Source of the DNA: Mageeibacillus sp. UBA5734
Lineage (GTDB): Bacteria > Bacillota > Clostridia > Saccharofermentanales > UBA5734
DNA: 64,000 nt
NCBI GenBank assembly: GCA_002419365.1
Contig: DIGA01000116.1
Location: 6,826 to 70,825 of the forward strand
Reading direction: 5' to 3'
Program-made: the position numbers and the translations under genes
Notes under the pieces: generated by a model
The model's database searches: none
Seen by the model: the letters and a program-made list of their open reading frames with translations, nothing else
What the model was told of the DNA's origin: nothing
In this document: one piece after another, positions 39,117-48,591 of the stretch
Layout: the number at the start of each line of letters is the position of its first letter
Position numbering within the stretch: position 1 is the stretch's first letter

Positions 39117-41555
39117 ATGTCCGGCGCACCGGTATTACCCACCGGTTCGTTCGTCGGTGGCCGTTTCAGCTACTCTTTACGTGTACTGATCGCCTGGGCT
39201 GGCGTTTTATTGCTGGTCCCGGGCGTTTCTTTTTGGGCGCTGGGCCCCAGTGCACTGGCATTTTTGCGCTGGTGGCTCACGCTGCTGATGCTTGGCGCCA
39301 TGGCTTGGCCGCTGGCACAGTTTGTGTTTGGTCGCGTGTCCCGAACCCTGGCTTATCTGCCTGCCAAGGCTGTCGGATTGTTCCTGTTGAGCGTGCTCCA
39401 TTGGGAAAGTGGCTACCTGTTTCATCTCGGTCTGACCCGAAACTCACTCTTCGTTCTCATTCTGTTGCTTTTTGCCTTGATCTGGTTCTCCGCCTTCCAG
39501 TCATTTTCCAGGCGCCTGATCCCAGCCCGCTGGAGCCAACAGCTCTTTACGGCCGCTCTGGCTGAACTGTTCTTCAGCAGCCTGCTCTTGGCAGGTGCTT
39601 ACCTGCGCACATTCAAACCAGCCCTCGACAGTCTGGAAAAATTCATGAACGTCGCCTTCATCAACAGCATCTTGCGCAGTCCTGGCTTGCCGGCGGCAGA
39701 TCCCTGGCTCGCGGGTGACACAATCAATTACTACTATTTTGGCCATTACACCTACGCTCTCCTGACCCGTCTCACAGGTCTTGCAACACCGGTGGCCTAC
39801 AATCTGGGGATGGCAACGGTGTGGGCCTTTGGGGCCAGTCTCAGTCTGGTCTTGGGAGTGGGGATGATCCGCCTGGCTCAGCAATCATCCTTTCAGCACA
39901 TCGATGGGTCTAACGGGACCAGGATGCGGCCTGATTCAAGGGCAGCCCTGCTGGTACAGGCGGCCGGCGGCCTTCTGTCCCTCTTGCTGGTCAACGTCGG
40001 GGGTAACAGCCATGCTTTTTTCTACAGCGACCATGGCCCAGGCAAAACCATCGTCAGCTGGCTTGCCTCTCGAGGGCTACCGGTCGGGAATTTCAGCCAG
40101 GCTTACTGGTTTCCCAATGCAACCCGTTTCATCGGCTACAATCCGGAAACGGCTGACAAAACGATCCATGAATTCCCTGTCTATTCCTATCTGGTCTCCG
40201 ATCTGCACGCCCATGTCATCAACCTGACACTTGTCCTCCTGTTCCTGCTGCTGCTGCTCAATCTGTTTGCCCGTGCCACAGCCACTGGGAAAACCAGCCA
40301 GTACGACCGTGAGACAGTTGTCCAGTCAATTTCTGCCCATTCACTGTGGCAGGAATGTCGCACGGCCCTGTCCCTGCCGGAAATCTGGGCCCTGGGGGTC
40401 TGTCTGGCGATTTTCATGATGCAGAACTACTGGGATTTTGTCATCTACTTGCCGGTGTCTGTCGTTGTGCTGCTGGCTGGAAACGCGTTTTCCCTGGCAG
40501 GCCAAAGGCCTGGCACCTTCCTGTTGGCCGCCATACGCCGGACGGCGTTCCAGGTTCTCACGCTCCTGTCCCTTGCTTTTATCTTGACAGCCCCTTTCCA
40601 GGCCCACTTTGATCCCATGAGCAGCCAGGTTGCCTTCAGTTCTGTGCGAACACCGTTCTGGCAACTGCTGGTTCTGTGGGGACCGCACATCCTGGCGGGG
40701 TTTGCTGGCAGCATGGCTCTCATCTCCAGGCGGAAAGCCCGTGCAGAGTTCCGGCCAGTCGACGGTCTGGCTATCGCATTATTCATCTATGGCCTGGTCC
40801 TGGTCCTGGCTCCGGAAATCTTTTACGTCGTCGACATTTATTCTGGCGACTACAAGCGGGCCAACACCATGTTCAAGTTCACCTACCAGGCCTTTGTCCT
40901 GCTGGGATTGGGCTGGTCGTATGTTCTCGTTCGGCTGGCCCAGGTCCGGTCCTGGCGCAGACTGACCGCCCTTCTTTTAGCAGGATTGCTGGTCATGCCC
41001 GGATGGTTCCCCGGTCTGGCGACCCGGCAATGGTACGGCGAGCTGACCCGGATCAATCAGCAGGGGCTCGATGGCCTGGCCCCCCTGGGTCAGAAAAATT
41101 CGCCCCAAGTGGCAGGCGAAGCCTTGGGTGAACTGAGTGATGACCTCCTGGCCATCAACTGGCTGAACACGAATGTTCAAGGTCAGCCGGTCATTCTGGA
41201 AGCTGCAGGTCCCAGCTATACCGACACTGGACGGATAGCCACCTTCACGGGCCTGCCGACTGTGATCGGCTGGGAAACCCACGAATGGCTATGGCGGACA
41301 AGCCCCAGCCAGCCCAGTGCCTATGGCGATCTCGTCAAACCACTCCAGGATGATGTACGCCTGATGTACACCACCACAGACCAGGACCTTAGGCTGGAAC
41401 TCCTGTCGCAGCACCAGGTTGCGTACATCGTGGTCGGTGCCATTGAGCAGACCACCTATGGCACGGACCTGCAAATGGACAGCCTGGTCAGCTGTGGCAT
41501 GGTCGTTTTTGAATCAAAGACGCTCAAACTCATCCACGTGGGAGTGCTAGGATAA
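39117..41555 (+). CDS. DUF2298 / Chlor_Arch_YYY-domain polytopic membrane protein (GT-C-like putative glycosyltransferase)
   Basis: 812 aa with more than 15 TM helices and the hallmark GDTINYYYFGHYTYALL. Starts 2 nt after the DUF1015 stop. Confidence 0.75.
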   Translation: MSGAPVLPTGSFVGGRFSYSLRVLIAWAGVLLLVPGVSFWALGPSALAFLRWWLTLLMLGAMAWPLAQFVFGRVSRTLAYLPAKAVGLFLLSVLHWESGYLFHLGLTRNSLFVLILLLFALIWFSAFQSFSRRLIPARWSQQLFTAALAELFFSSLLLAGAYLRTFKPALDSLEKFMNVAFINSILRSPGLPAADPWLAGDTINYYYFGHYTYALLTRLTGLATPVAYNLGMATVWAFGASLSLVLGVGMIRLAQQSSFQHIDGSNGTRMRPDSRAALLVQAAGGLLSLLLVNVGGNSHAFFYSDHGPGKTIVSWLASRGLPVGNFSQAYWFPNATRFIGYNPETADKTIHEFPVYSYLVSDLHAHVINLTLVLLFLLLLLNLFARATATGKTSQYDRETVVQSISAHSLWQECRTALSLPEIWALGVCLAIFMMQNYWDFVIYLPVSVVVLLAGNAFSLAGQRPGTFLLAAIRRTAFQVLTLLSLAFILTAPFQAHFDPMSSQVAFSSVRTPFWQLLVLWGPHILAGFAGSMALISRRKARAEFRPVDGLAIALFIYGLVLVLAPEIFYVVDIYSGDYKRANTMFKFTYQAFVLLGLGWSYVLVRLAQVRSWRRLTALLLAGLLVMPGWFPGLATRQWYGELTRINQQGLDGLAPLGQKNSPQVAGEALGELSDDLLAINWLNTNVQGQPVILEAAGPSYTDTGRIATFTGLPTVIGWETHEWLWRTSPSQPSAYGDLVKPLQDDVRLMYTTTDQDLRLELLSQHQVAYIVVGAIEQTTYGTDLQMDSLVSCGMVVFESKTLKLIHVGVLG

Positions 41556-41584
41556 ACAAAGAGCTGCCATTGACTGGCAGCTCT
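41552..41584 (-). terminator. hairpin terminator after the LysM gene (also closes the DUF2298 gene)
   Basis: GAGCTGCCA (41561-41569) pairs with TGGCAGCTC (41575-41583). On the minus strand it is followed by UUUGUUUAU. Confidence 0.5.
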
Positions 41585-41621
41585 CTGGATCATGCAGTTC
41601 TTTGATTCCCGGGGACAAAGG

Positions 41622-43076
41622 TCACTGGGGTGGAATCTTGATTTTCTGGCCCAGTTGCAAATTGTCCGACGTCAGGCCATTGTAATCCTTGATCTTGTCA
41701 ATAGTCGCTTGGGAACCATCCCCCAGATATTTGACGGCAATGGAGTAGAAGGTATCTCCGGATTTGACAGTATGGACCGTCCCCTGGTCAGGAGCTGCCG
41801 TGGTTTCCGTTGGCTCAGGTGTCGTTTCTGCCGTGGTTTCCTCACTGGTTGTCTCTTCCGGAGTGGTCTCTTCAGTTTCTTCCGGCTCTGTGACAAGGAT
41901 CTCGTCTGTTTCCTCGGTTGCCTCTGTCTGGATGGTCGTCTCGGATGGCAAGGTTGTTTCGCCATCTTTGCCGAAAATCATGTTGAAAATGGCAAAAACC
42001 GCACCAATGGTCACTGCTGTGATCACCATGTACAGGGCGAGGCGGCGAATCCGGCCGTTCTCATCCCGTGGACGTTCGAAATAGCCCTTGTCATAAGGTG
42101 TTTCTTCCTCGTCCGGGATTTCATGTTGCTCTGGCTCGGCAGGGGTCGTCATGGCCAGGGCATCCGGGCCTTTAGCTGCAGCGGGTTTGGCAGCCTGGCT
42201 GTACTTGCCTGCTGGCTGGTTGAACTTGCCAGTCACCTGGCCAAACAGTCCTCCCTCCGCAGCAACGCGCGAGGGTGCAGGCCGTACCGGCTTGTCTGTG
42301 GTCCGGATGGACTCGACAAAGCAGGCGATGATCTGCATCGGAACACCAGGCAGCTTGGCCGACGCAGCCGTGATGATCAGGCCAGCTGCATCAGACTGGT
42401 CCTCTGCCTCGTACAGCAGGCGCAAAATCTCGCGCTGGCCCAGGGTGGTGATGATTTCCTTGTTGCAGACGATCACGCAATCGTCTGGCTGCAGCTGTGC
42501 AATATTGGAATACCGGACCGTTCCAGCTACACCAGCACAATAGATATCCTGGCCGAGGACCGGCTTGCCGTGGTAGTCGACAGGCTCCAGGGTGATGTCA
42601 TCGTGTGTCAGCGGGTACAGGGCATCATTGCGGTAAAGATAGGCACACCCATGGCCCATGGTGATCGCAGCCAGTTCGGCATCTTTGACCATGACACCGG
42701 CAAAATAAGGCTGACGTGCATTTTCGTGCTGCAGGGAACCACGGCCGGCGATTTCGACCGCACATTCAGCGAGCTCATTGATCTCGGCGTCGATGTTGCG
42801 GATGTTTTGCTTGACATCATTGAGAATCCGCTCCAGAGCCTTGTGCGCCCGGGATGAAACCAAGTCATCCTGGACATGGCTGGCTGGATGGGCAAAGGCA
42901 GCATAGAAAAAGCCACGATCCTCCCGGTCGAGAGTCGCATCACAGGCCCGGTGCTCACGCCGGGTCGTCAGGCGGCCATCGAGATAATAGCCATCGAAAA
43001 TGCCATTGCCAGGAAAATATCGGGCGGTAACGGTCGCTGCCAGACGGGTCAGCGCCGGATGGGGCGATTTTGCCAT
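41622..43076 (-). CDS. single-pass membrane protein: cytoplasmic degenerate PP2C-like domain, E/T-rich linker, C-terminal LysM
   Basis: PP2C-like blocks TMGHGCAYLYRNDALYPLTHDD, DDCVIVCNKEI and MQIIACFV. TM helix LALYMVITAVTIGAVFAIFNMIF. LysM block HTVKSGDTFYSIAVKYL...LQLGQKIKIP. Start set at ATG 43076 with a GGAGG RBS. Confidence 0.75.
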   Translation of the reverse strand: MAKSPHPALTRLAATVTARYFPGNGIFDGYYLDGRLTTRREHRACDATLDREDRGFFYAAFAHPASHVQDDLVSSRAHKALERILNDVKQNIRNIDAEINELAECAVEIAGRGSLQHENARQPYFAGVMVKDAELAAITMGHGCAYLYRNDALYPLTHDDITLEPVDYHGKPVLGQDIYCAGVAGTVRYSNIAQLQPDDCVIVCNKEIITTLGQREILRLLYEAEDQSDAAGLIITAASAKLPGVPMQIIACFVESIRTTDKPVRPAPSRVAAEGGLFGQVTGKFNQPAGKYSQAAKPAAAKGPDALAMTTPAEPEQHEIPDEEETPYDKGYFERPRDENGRIRRLALYMVITAVTIGAVFAIFNMIFGKDGETTLPSETTIQTEATEETDEILVTEPEETEETTPEETTSEETTAETTPEPTETTAAPDQGTVHTVKSGDTFYSIAVKYLGDGSQATIDKIKDYNGLTSDNLQLGQKIKIPPQ

Positions 43077-43109
43077 ACGTTCAAGTCCTCCTGTTTGGTG
43101 CAGTTCTAC

Positions 43110-43118
43110 ATTATAGCA
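43110..43118 (-). promoter_or_regulatory. extended -10 element (TGCTATAAT) upstream of the LysM gene
   Basis: The reverse complement of 43110-43118 is TGCTATAAT, about 34 nt upstream of the ATG. Confidence 0.4.
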
Positions 43119-43180
43119 CAGAACGTCCGGCGCTATGTTGCAGTACGGTTGCATTTGACAAAACGACGTCTAACAGCTGT

Positions 43181-44620
43181 TTATCTTTCTGGTTGGCAGC
43201 CTGTCATGTGTCTGGGCTCCAGCCAGTGGCCGGCCAAGTTAAGGAGCCGTTCCGGGGTATGATCTGAAGGTTCCTTCTGGACATAGGACAGCAGACGTTC
43301 GAGGAAAAGTCCCAGCTGGATGCCCCTGACCGGTAAACGGCTGGACAGGTCACGGCCACTGATCGCAAGTTCAGCGAGTGAAACCGGCAATCCGGATCCT
43401 GACTCCTTTTCCTCCTCCAGCTGGATTTGCTGGCGCAAGTTGACAAGTTCTGGCAAAAGGCAAGCCCTATCCGGGCAGACGAAGGACAGCAACGCCCAGC
43501 CATCGACTGCACATTGCCTGGCAGCATGGGTGTCCATGGCTAATGTTTTAGCCAGGACCCGGATGACAATTGCCAGACTGAGGGCATCCAGCTCCTGGGT
43601 CAAATCAAGATGCAGGCGCAGTCCGGCAGCGTAAAGCATCGCATGGCCATTCCGGGAAGCCGGCCGGGACATACGGCACGTCTGCTGGAAAAGCTCGCGC
43701 AAATCCTGAAGGCGCTTCGGGGCCAGGATTTTTTTCAACTGGTGAGTCCGGCCATCTGCATCCGGGGCCAGACCAGAAGGCTGACCACCTGGCTGGTCCT
43801 GGCGGCAAATCTGGCAAGCCAGGTAAAACAGGGGCACCGTCTGGTCGGCATGCCAGGCTGGCCGGATCCAGGCTGCCAATAGCCGGGTCAGGCACTGGTT
43901 ATCCGGGGAGAAACCAAACAGGCGCTGGGCAATGACGGGCAAAAGCTCGCCAGGCTCGAAAGGCAGAAGGGACTGGCCATGCGCGGCGTTCATCATGCGG
44001 GCCAGTTCGTGTGTGATCCGTTCCACACTGAGAATCAACGTGCGTTGTCGTTCTCTGCGAATCGCTGTGACCAGTTCCCGGTCCGGTGACAAATTGTATG
44101 TCAGGGTAAACCTCAAGGCCCGCAGCATGCGCAAGGCATCTTCACGCAATCGCGTTCCCGGGTCACCCACTGTCCTCAGCTGGTTCTCCATCAGGTCTGT
44201 CCAGCCACCAAACGGATCGAGAAGTCCACGACTGGGATGGAAGGCCATGCTGTTGATTGTGAAGTCACGTCTGCTCAGATCCTTTAGGATATCGGTTTCA
44301 AACAGCACCTTGTCGGGTCGACGGCCGTCAGAATAGTCACTCTCACTGCGGTAGGTCGTGATTTCGATGGCATGGTGTCCAACCAGGACCGTGACGGTGC
44401 CATGGGCCAGTCCTGTGGCAAAAGCATGGGGAAACACGTGCAGCACCTGTTCGGGCAGGGCACGGGTCGACACATCGAAATCCAGAGGGGTCCGTCCGAT
44501 GGCCAGGTCACGGACACACCCACCCACCAGCCAGGCTTCAAAGCCGGCCTGTTCGAGCCGTTCCAACGCTGTGTGCACGGGTCCCGGAATGCGCAAGGAC
44601 CAGTCTAGCGGCATGACCAT
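43181..44620 (-). CDS. cca: CCA-adding enzyme / poly(A) polymerase-family tRNA nucleotidyltransferase
   Basis: GFEAWLVGGCVRDLAIGRTPLDFDVST head domain and the RDFTINSMAF motif. Start set at ATG 44620 (GGGGAG RBS). Confidence 0.8.
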   Translation of the reverse strand: MVMPLDWSLRIPGPVHTALERLEQAGFEAWLVGGCVRDLAIGRTPLDFDVSTRALPEQVLHVFPHAFATGLAHGTVTVLVGHHAIEITTYRSESDYSDGRRPDKVLFETDILKDLSRRDFTINSMAFHPSRGLLDPFGGWTDLMENQLRTVGDPGTRLREDALRMLRALRFTLTYNLSPDRELVTAIRRERQRTLILSVERITHELARMMNAAHGQSLLPFEPGELLPVIAQRLFGFSPDNQCLTRLLAAWIRPAWHADQTVPLFYLACQICRQDQPGGQPSGLAPDADGRTHQLKKILAPKRLQDLRELFQQTCRMSRPASRNGHAMLYAAGLRLHLDLTQELDALSLAIVIRVLAKTLAMDTHAARQCAVDGWALLSFVCPDRACLLPELVNLRQQIQLEEEKESGSGLPVSLAELAISGRDLSSRLPVRGIQLGLFLERLLSYVQKEPSDHTPERLLNLAGHWLEPRHMTGCQPER

Positions 44621-44722
44621 GACGTGTCTCCCCTGCCTTGTTTGCATAATACGTTCTGAGCGTGTATCATTGAGCAACATATTCCTATTTTAACGGTTCG
44701 CGCAACTCGCGCAAAGTGAAAG

Positions 44723-46672
44723 ATGATGCATAAAAATCAATCCAGTCAGCCGGTTCGCCACTTGACGCACCGCCGTCTCACTGCTGTTTTCTTTTATCTG
44801 GCAATTCTTATCAGTGTCATGGTCAGCTTGCCCATCATGGTCGCTCCACGCCAGGGACTGGCCGATGCCAATCCCGAACTGATCGCGCTGCAGCCCATGG
44901 CCCAGGTTTCTGCCGGCATGGCGCATAGCGTTTTTCTCGACTACGACGGACTGGTCTATGCCTGGGGAGACAATGTCTATGGCCAAAGCGGGGCGTCCGG
45001 CGAGGATCATGCCAAAACTCCGGTCCAGCTTGAATTGCCAGAACCGGCCCAGGCGATCAGCGCCGGGGATTACCACACGCTGGTCCTGGGACAGAGTGGC
45101 ACCGTCTATGCCCTGGGTCGCAATGCTTACGGCCAAGTCGGTGATGGCGGGGTTGCCAATGTCGATTCCCCGGTAAAAGTGGCGGGGCTGCCAGTCATCA
45201 AGGCCATCGCCGCCGGTGCCTATCATTCTCTGGCTTTAGGCGAGGACGGCAGCATCTGGGCCTGGGGCCACAACACCCAGGGGCAAGTCGGGGATGTCGC
45301 ATCCGAGGAAGTCCTCGGGATTGATGGTTCGGTTCTCGCTCTGCGCAACACCAGGCCGGTCCAGGTCGTCGCCCAAGGCGCTGCCATGATCCGGGCCGGT
45401 GGCAATTTTTCACTTTATGTCGATGAAATGGGCCAATTATACGCTTGGGGTGACAATACCCAAGGCCAGCTGGGCAATGGCACGACGGACTCGCACCAGT
45501 CCCCAGGCCTGGTTTTGGGAATCAGCCAGGTCGTCGACGTCTCCGCCGGATCAAATCATGTCCTGGCCCTGAGTACCGGTTCAGGTTACCGCCAACTCTA
45601 TGTCTGGGGGGATAACTCGCTCGGCCAGCTTGGCCTGGGCGGGCAGAAAGCAACCACCCAGCAACAACTGCAGCCAGCTTTGCTGGATCTCACCGGCAAT
45701 CTTGATCCGAGCGACGAGCGCCTGCTGTCAGTCGCTGCCGGGTATGCCCAGTCTGCAGTCATCCGGGACGCCTCAACTTCAAGGTTCAGCCAGCCGGTCC
45801 TGCAAAACGAACTCTATCTCTGGGGTCTCAACGCCAGTCATCAGCTAGGGCTTTCCGAAAAAGCCAGCCGCTATGTGCCCACTCGATTGCAAGGCTTTTT
45901 CGATGGTTACTGGGGTTCCCGCTACCTGCCTTTTGAAAGCATGGCCTTGGGATCCGATCATGTATTGGTTTTAAGCAGCAAAGGATTGCTGGCATCTGCT
46001 GGTGCAAATAGCCGTGGACAGCTGGGACTGGGCGACGAAGCCGCCAGAGTGGCCTTGGAGCAGATAGACACCCCTGATCTGATCTTGCCCCGCTGGGTCA
46101 GCGGCCAGTCCATCCGAGTCGATACCGGAAAAGACAACACCATCCAAGTCAAATGGCCCGAGGCTCAGGACAACATAGCCGTGGCCGGGTATCAGGTCGA
46201 GATCACAGAAGCGGGGCAGGCATCCGTCCTGCAGGATGCTGGTCTGGCCCACGAATGGACAATCACTGGAATGGATGAGGCCACGCCTGTCCAGATCAGC
46301 GTCATGGCCTATGATCGCAACAGCCAGGCCGCCAATCCAGCTGACCTGGCCCGTCTCACCGCATACCGTCTACCGGAAGGCACCGTGGCAGAGACCTATT
46401 TTCTGACCTCGGAGACGTTCAGGGAACCTGCAGATGCAGTGATTCATCACTGGACACCTCACCCATCTGGCAAACGCCAGCCGCACGAGGTCCCCTGGTC
46501 ATTATCCGGTGTCGAAAACCTGCAGGCCATCCCTGCCCCATACAGTATTTGGATCTATGGTGGATCGATTCTTGCCTTGCTGATCAGCCTGATGTTTGTC
46601 ATCCACAAGATCCGGCAAAAAAACCGGTCAATCGTAGAAATGGATACCGAGCGCGAGGTAGAGGCTGGCTGA
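44723..46672 (+). CDS. RCC1-repeat (beta-propeller) protein with FN3-like domain, N-terminal and C-terminal membrane anchors
   Basis: Repeated YAWGDNxxGQLG-type blades (YAWGDNVYGQSG, ALGRNAYGQVGDG, WAWGHNTQGQVGD, YAWGDNTQGQLGNG, YVWGDNSLGQLGLG). FN3-like block IQVKWPEAQDNIAVAGYQVEI. C-terminal TM helix IWIYGGSILALLISLMFVI. Confidence 0.8.
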   Translation: MMHKNQSSQPVRHLTHRRLTAVFFYLAILISVMVSLPIMVAPRQGLADANPELIALQPMAQVSAGMAHSVFLDYDGLVYAWGDNVYGQSGASGEDHAKTPVQLELPEPAQAISAGDYHTLVLGQSGTVYALGRNAYGQVGDGGVANVDSPVKVAGLPVIKAIAAGAYHSLALGEDGSIWAWGHNTQGQVGDVASEEVLGIDGSVLALRNTRPVQVVAQGAAMIRAGGNFSLYVDEMGQLYAWGDNTQGQLGNGTTDSHQSPGLVLGISQVVDVSAGSNHVLALSTGSGYRQLYVWGDNSLGQLGLGGQKATTQQQLQPALLDLTGNLDPSDERLLSVAAGYAQSAVIRDASTSRFSQPVLQNELYLWGLNASHQLGLSEKASRYVPTRLQGFFDGYWGSRYLPFESMALGSDHVLVLSSKGLLASAGANSRGQLGLGDEAARVALEQIDTPDLILPRWVSGQSIRVDTGKDNTIQVKWPEAQDNIAVAGYQVEITEAGQASVLQDAGLAHEWTITGMDEATPVQISVMAYDRNSQAANPADLARLTAYRLPEGTVAETYFLTSETFREPADAVIHHWTPHPSGKRQPHEVPWSLSGVENLQAIPAPYSIWIYGGSILALLISLMFVIHKIRQKNRSIVEMDTEREVEAG

Positions 46673-48511
46673 CAGCATGGATCCCATGGCGTCGAGGTCG
46701 CGGGCAAATCCAGCCAGATTTTCGGAATCACCCGTCAGGCTTTGGGTCAATCTGGCCATGAATTGGCTGACGAGGCCGCGCCTGCTGCCGTAAAGCTCTG
46801 CCAGCTGGCGCAGATACGGTCTGGAAACACCCAGGGCAATGGCAAAGGCCAGTAAAGAGCTATCCAGCGCAGGATTGTCTGGCTCGTGCTTCCTCCACCG
46901 GGCATACGTGCACAGCAGCTGCCTGAATGCCCCGGCCTTGGCTGCTTCAGCATTGCCCAGTCGAGTCAGATGCTTCAGGCCCAATCCAAATCCCGCAAAC
47001 AGCAGAGCCGGAATGATAAGGAGCAATCCCGTCAGAGCCCCAGTCAATCCTGTGGTGAGAAGTCCGGCAAGGGCATAGCCTCCGGCCAAGGTCAAGCCGA
47101 TCACGATGCCATGATGTTTTTTGCGGATATCGACCAAGCCATCTTTAACCATATCCTCCTGGATCAAATGGATGAACTGCTCATAATAGGCAGAAAATTC
47201 TGCTGCTGTGCCTTTGTCCAGGGCATATCTGCGAATCTGGGCTGTCGACAGGGTGTTTTCCCTGGTGATGCGCTCAAAAAACCATTGCAGCAGAAAGATT
47301 TCATAAGCTGACATGCCCTGGTAGTCCGGCACACCGTGAGCCAGCAGAGTGAATACATGGCCGTCGAGGCGTAATTTGCCGCGCACAACCAGATCCATCA
47401 TGGTGCCCAGCAGGATCTGGCCTGGATGATGGTAACGCGAGAGCCTGGCCAAAACCGCAGGCGAATACGCGGGTTCAGCGAACGAGCCCCTTGTTGTCTC
47501 CAGAAGCCGTGGTTGCCCAAGTAAACCTTCGCGCTCATAAACGAGGACGAGAAAAGTCAGGACAAAAAGGCCCACAACCAGTAGAATCCAGGTCAGGCGA
47601 GCCAGAAAACCTTCCACCCAAGTCTGTTGAATCATTCGCGCCATTTCCGCTTCAACTTCTGCAATCACCGTGGCTTTATCCTGGACGATGCCTTGCGGCA
47701 GCAACGCTGCACCACTGGCAAAACCAGCTGCAGGCAGGATCACTGCTGCTGTCATGTCCTGGCCGGCCGAAAGTTGCAGCGCGCTCATCTGAATCGTGTC
47801 CTGGTCTACTTCGGTCGTAACAAACATGGCAGGGCTGATGGCCTGGTACCAGGGTGATGCTGCTTTTTTCGCAGCAGGGTAATGAATCAGCAGAACGGGA
47901 CTGGCGATGGCTTTATCTTGCACCAGAGTGAAAAACATCCGGCGGAACTTGACCGCATCCTTCAGCTGGACCAGTGCGCCATCGAGTTCATACTGGATGA
48001 CAATCTGGCGTGTTTCTGATGCATGTCCGACTGTCCGGATCTTGAGCCGCTGGACAGAATCATCGGCACTTAACTTGTATGACAGAGACTGGAGTTTGGC
48101 TTGAGTATTGGCTTCTGCCGGCAGGACCTCCACCAGCTGGATGGGTGAACCATCCACGATGGATCCAGCTGAGATGGCAACTGATACCACTCGGAGCGAC
48201 CTGGCTTTGCCTGCATCCAGTGCAAAGACCAGCTCTTCACAATCCTGCTGGTACAGGATATCCAGCTTCTCCTGGACCACGGCTTTGCCATCTGCTGCCA
48301 GCTGGCAATCGATGCGGTAGGAATTGATCCGGTAATCGGACAAGACGCTGGCAGCAACTTCGGCCTCTGTTCCCTGGCTGGACCAGGGATTCAGCCAGGA
48401 CGCGCTGGCCGGGCTCATGAGAACCACGCCCAGCAGCAGCAAAAACACCACGGCCCATCTGAAGGCAGGCCATGGTGTCATCGTGCAAGAGTGGTGAGGA
48501 AAGTGGCGCAT
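46628..48511 (-). CDS. DUF2207-type membrane protein
   Basis: Signal/anchor, a large extracytoplasmic domain, then several C-terminal TM helices (ILLVVGLFVLTFLVLVY, GLTLAGGYALAGLLTTGLTG...). GGGGGAG RBS. The 3' end overlaps the RCC1 gene by 45 nt (convergent). Confidence 0.65.
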   Translation of the reverse strand: MRHFPHHSCTMTPWPAFRWAVVFLLLLGVVLMSPASASWLNPWSSQGTEAEVAASVLSDYRINSYRIDCQLAADGKAVVQEKLDILYQQDCEELVFALDAGKARSLRVVSVAISAGSIVDGSPIQLVEVLPAEANTQAKLQSLSYKLSADDSVQRLKIRTVGHASETRQIVIQYELDGALVQLKDAVKFRRMFFTLVQDKAIASPVLLIHYPAAKKAASPWYQAISPAMFVTTEVDQDTIQMSALQLSAGQDMTAAVILPAAGFASGAALLPQGIVQDKATVIAEVEAEMARMIQQTWVEGFLARLTWILLVVGLFVLTFLVLVYEREGLLGQPRLLETTRGSFAEPAYSPAVLARLSRYHHPGQILLGTMMDLVVRGKLRLDGHVFTLLAHGVPDYQGMSAYEIFLLQWFFERITRENTLSTAQIRRYALDKGTAAEFSAYYEQFIHLIQEDMVKDGLVDIRKKHHGIVIGLTLAGGYALAGLLTTGLTGALTGLLLIIPALLFAGFGLGLKHLTRLGNAEAAKAGAFRQLLCTYARWRKHEPDNPALDSSLLAFAIALGVSRPYLRQLAELYGSRRGLVSQFMARLTQSLTGDSENLAGFARDLDAMGSMLSASLYLALGIHFYD

Positions 48512-48561
48512 GTCAGTAAGCTCCCCCTGCAGGTGTGATCAGAAAACCAGACTTCTGCCAC

Positions 48562-48570
48562 ATTATACCA
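48562..48570 (-). promoter_or_regulatory. extended -10 element (TGGTATAAT) upstream of the DUF2207 gene
   Basis: The reverse complement of 48562-48570 is TGGTATAAT. Confidence 0.4.
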
Positions 48571-48591
48571 CAGGCGGAGAACGCCAAATTT

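Noticed and set aside
41592-42857. 421-aa plus-strand ORF
   Set aside because: It is antisense to the LysM/PP2C-like gene, has no motif, and has no RBS. It is a shadow ORF.
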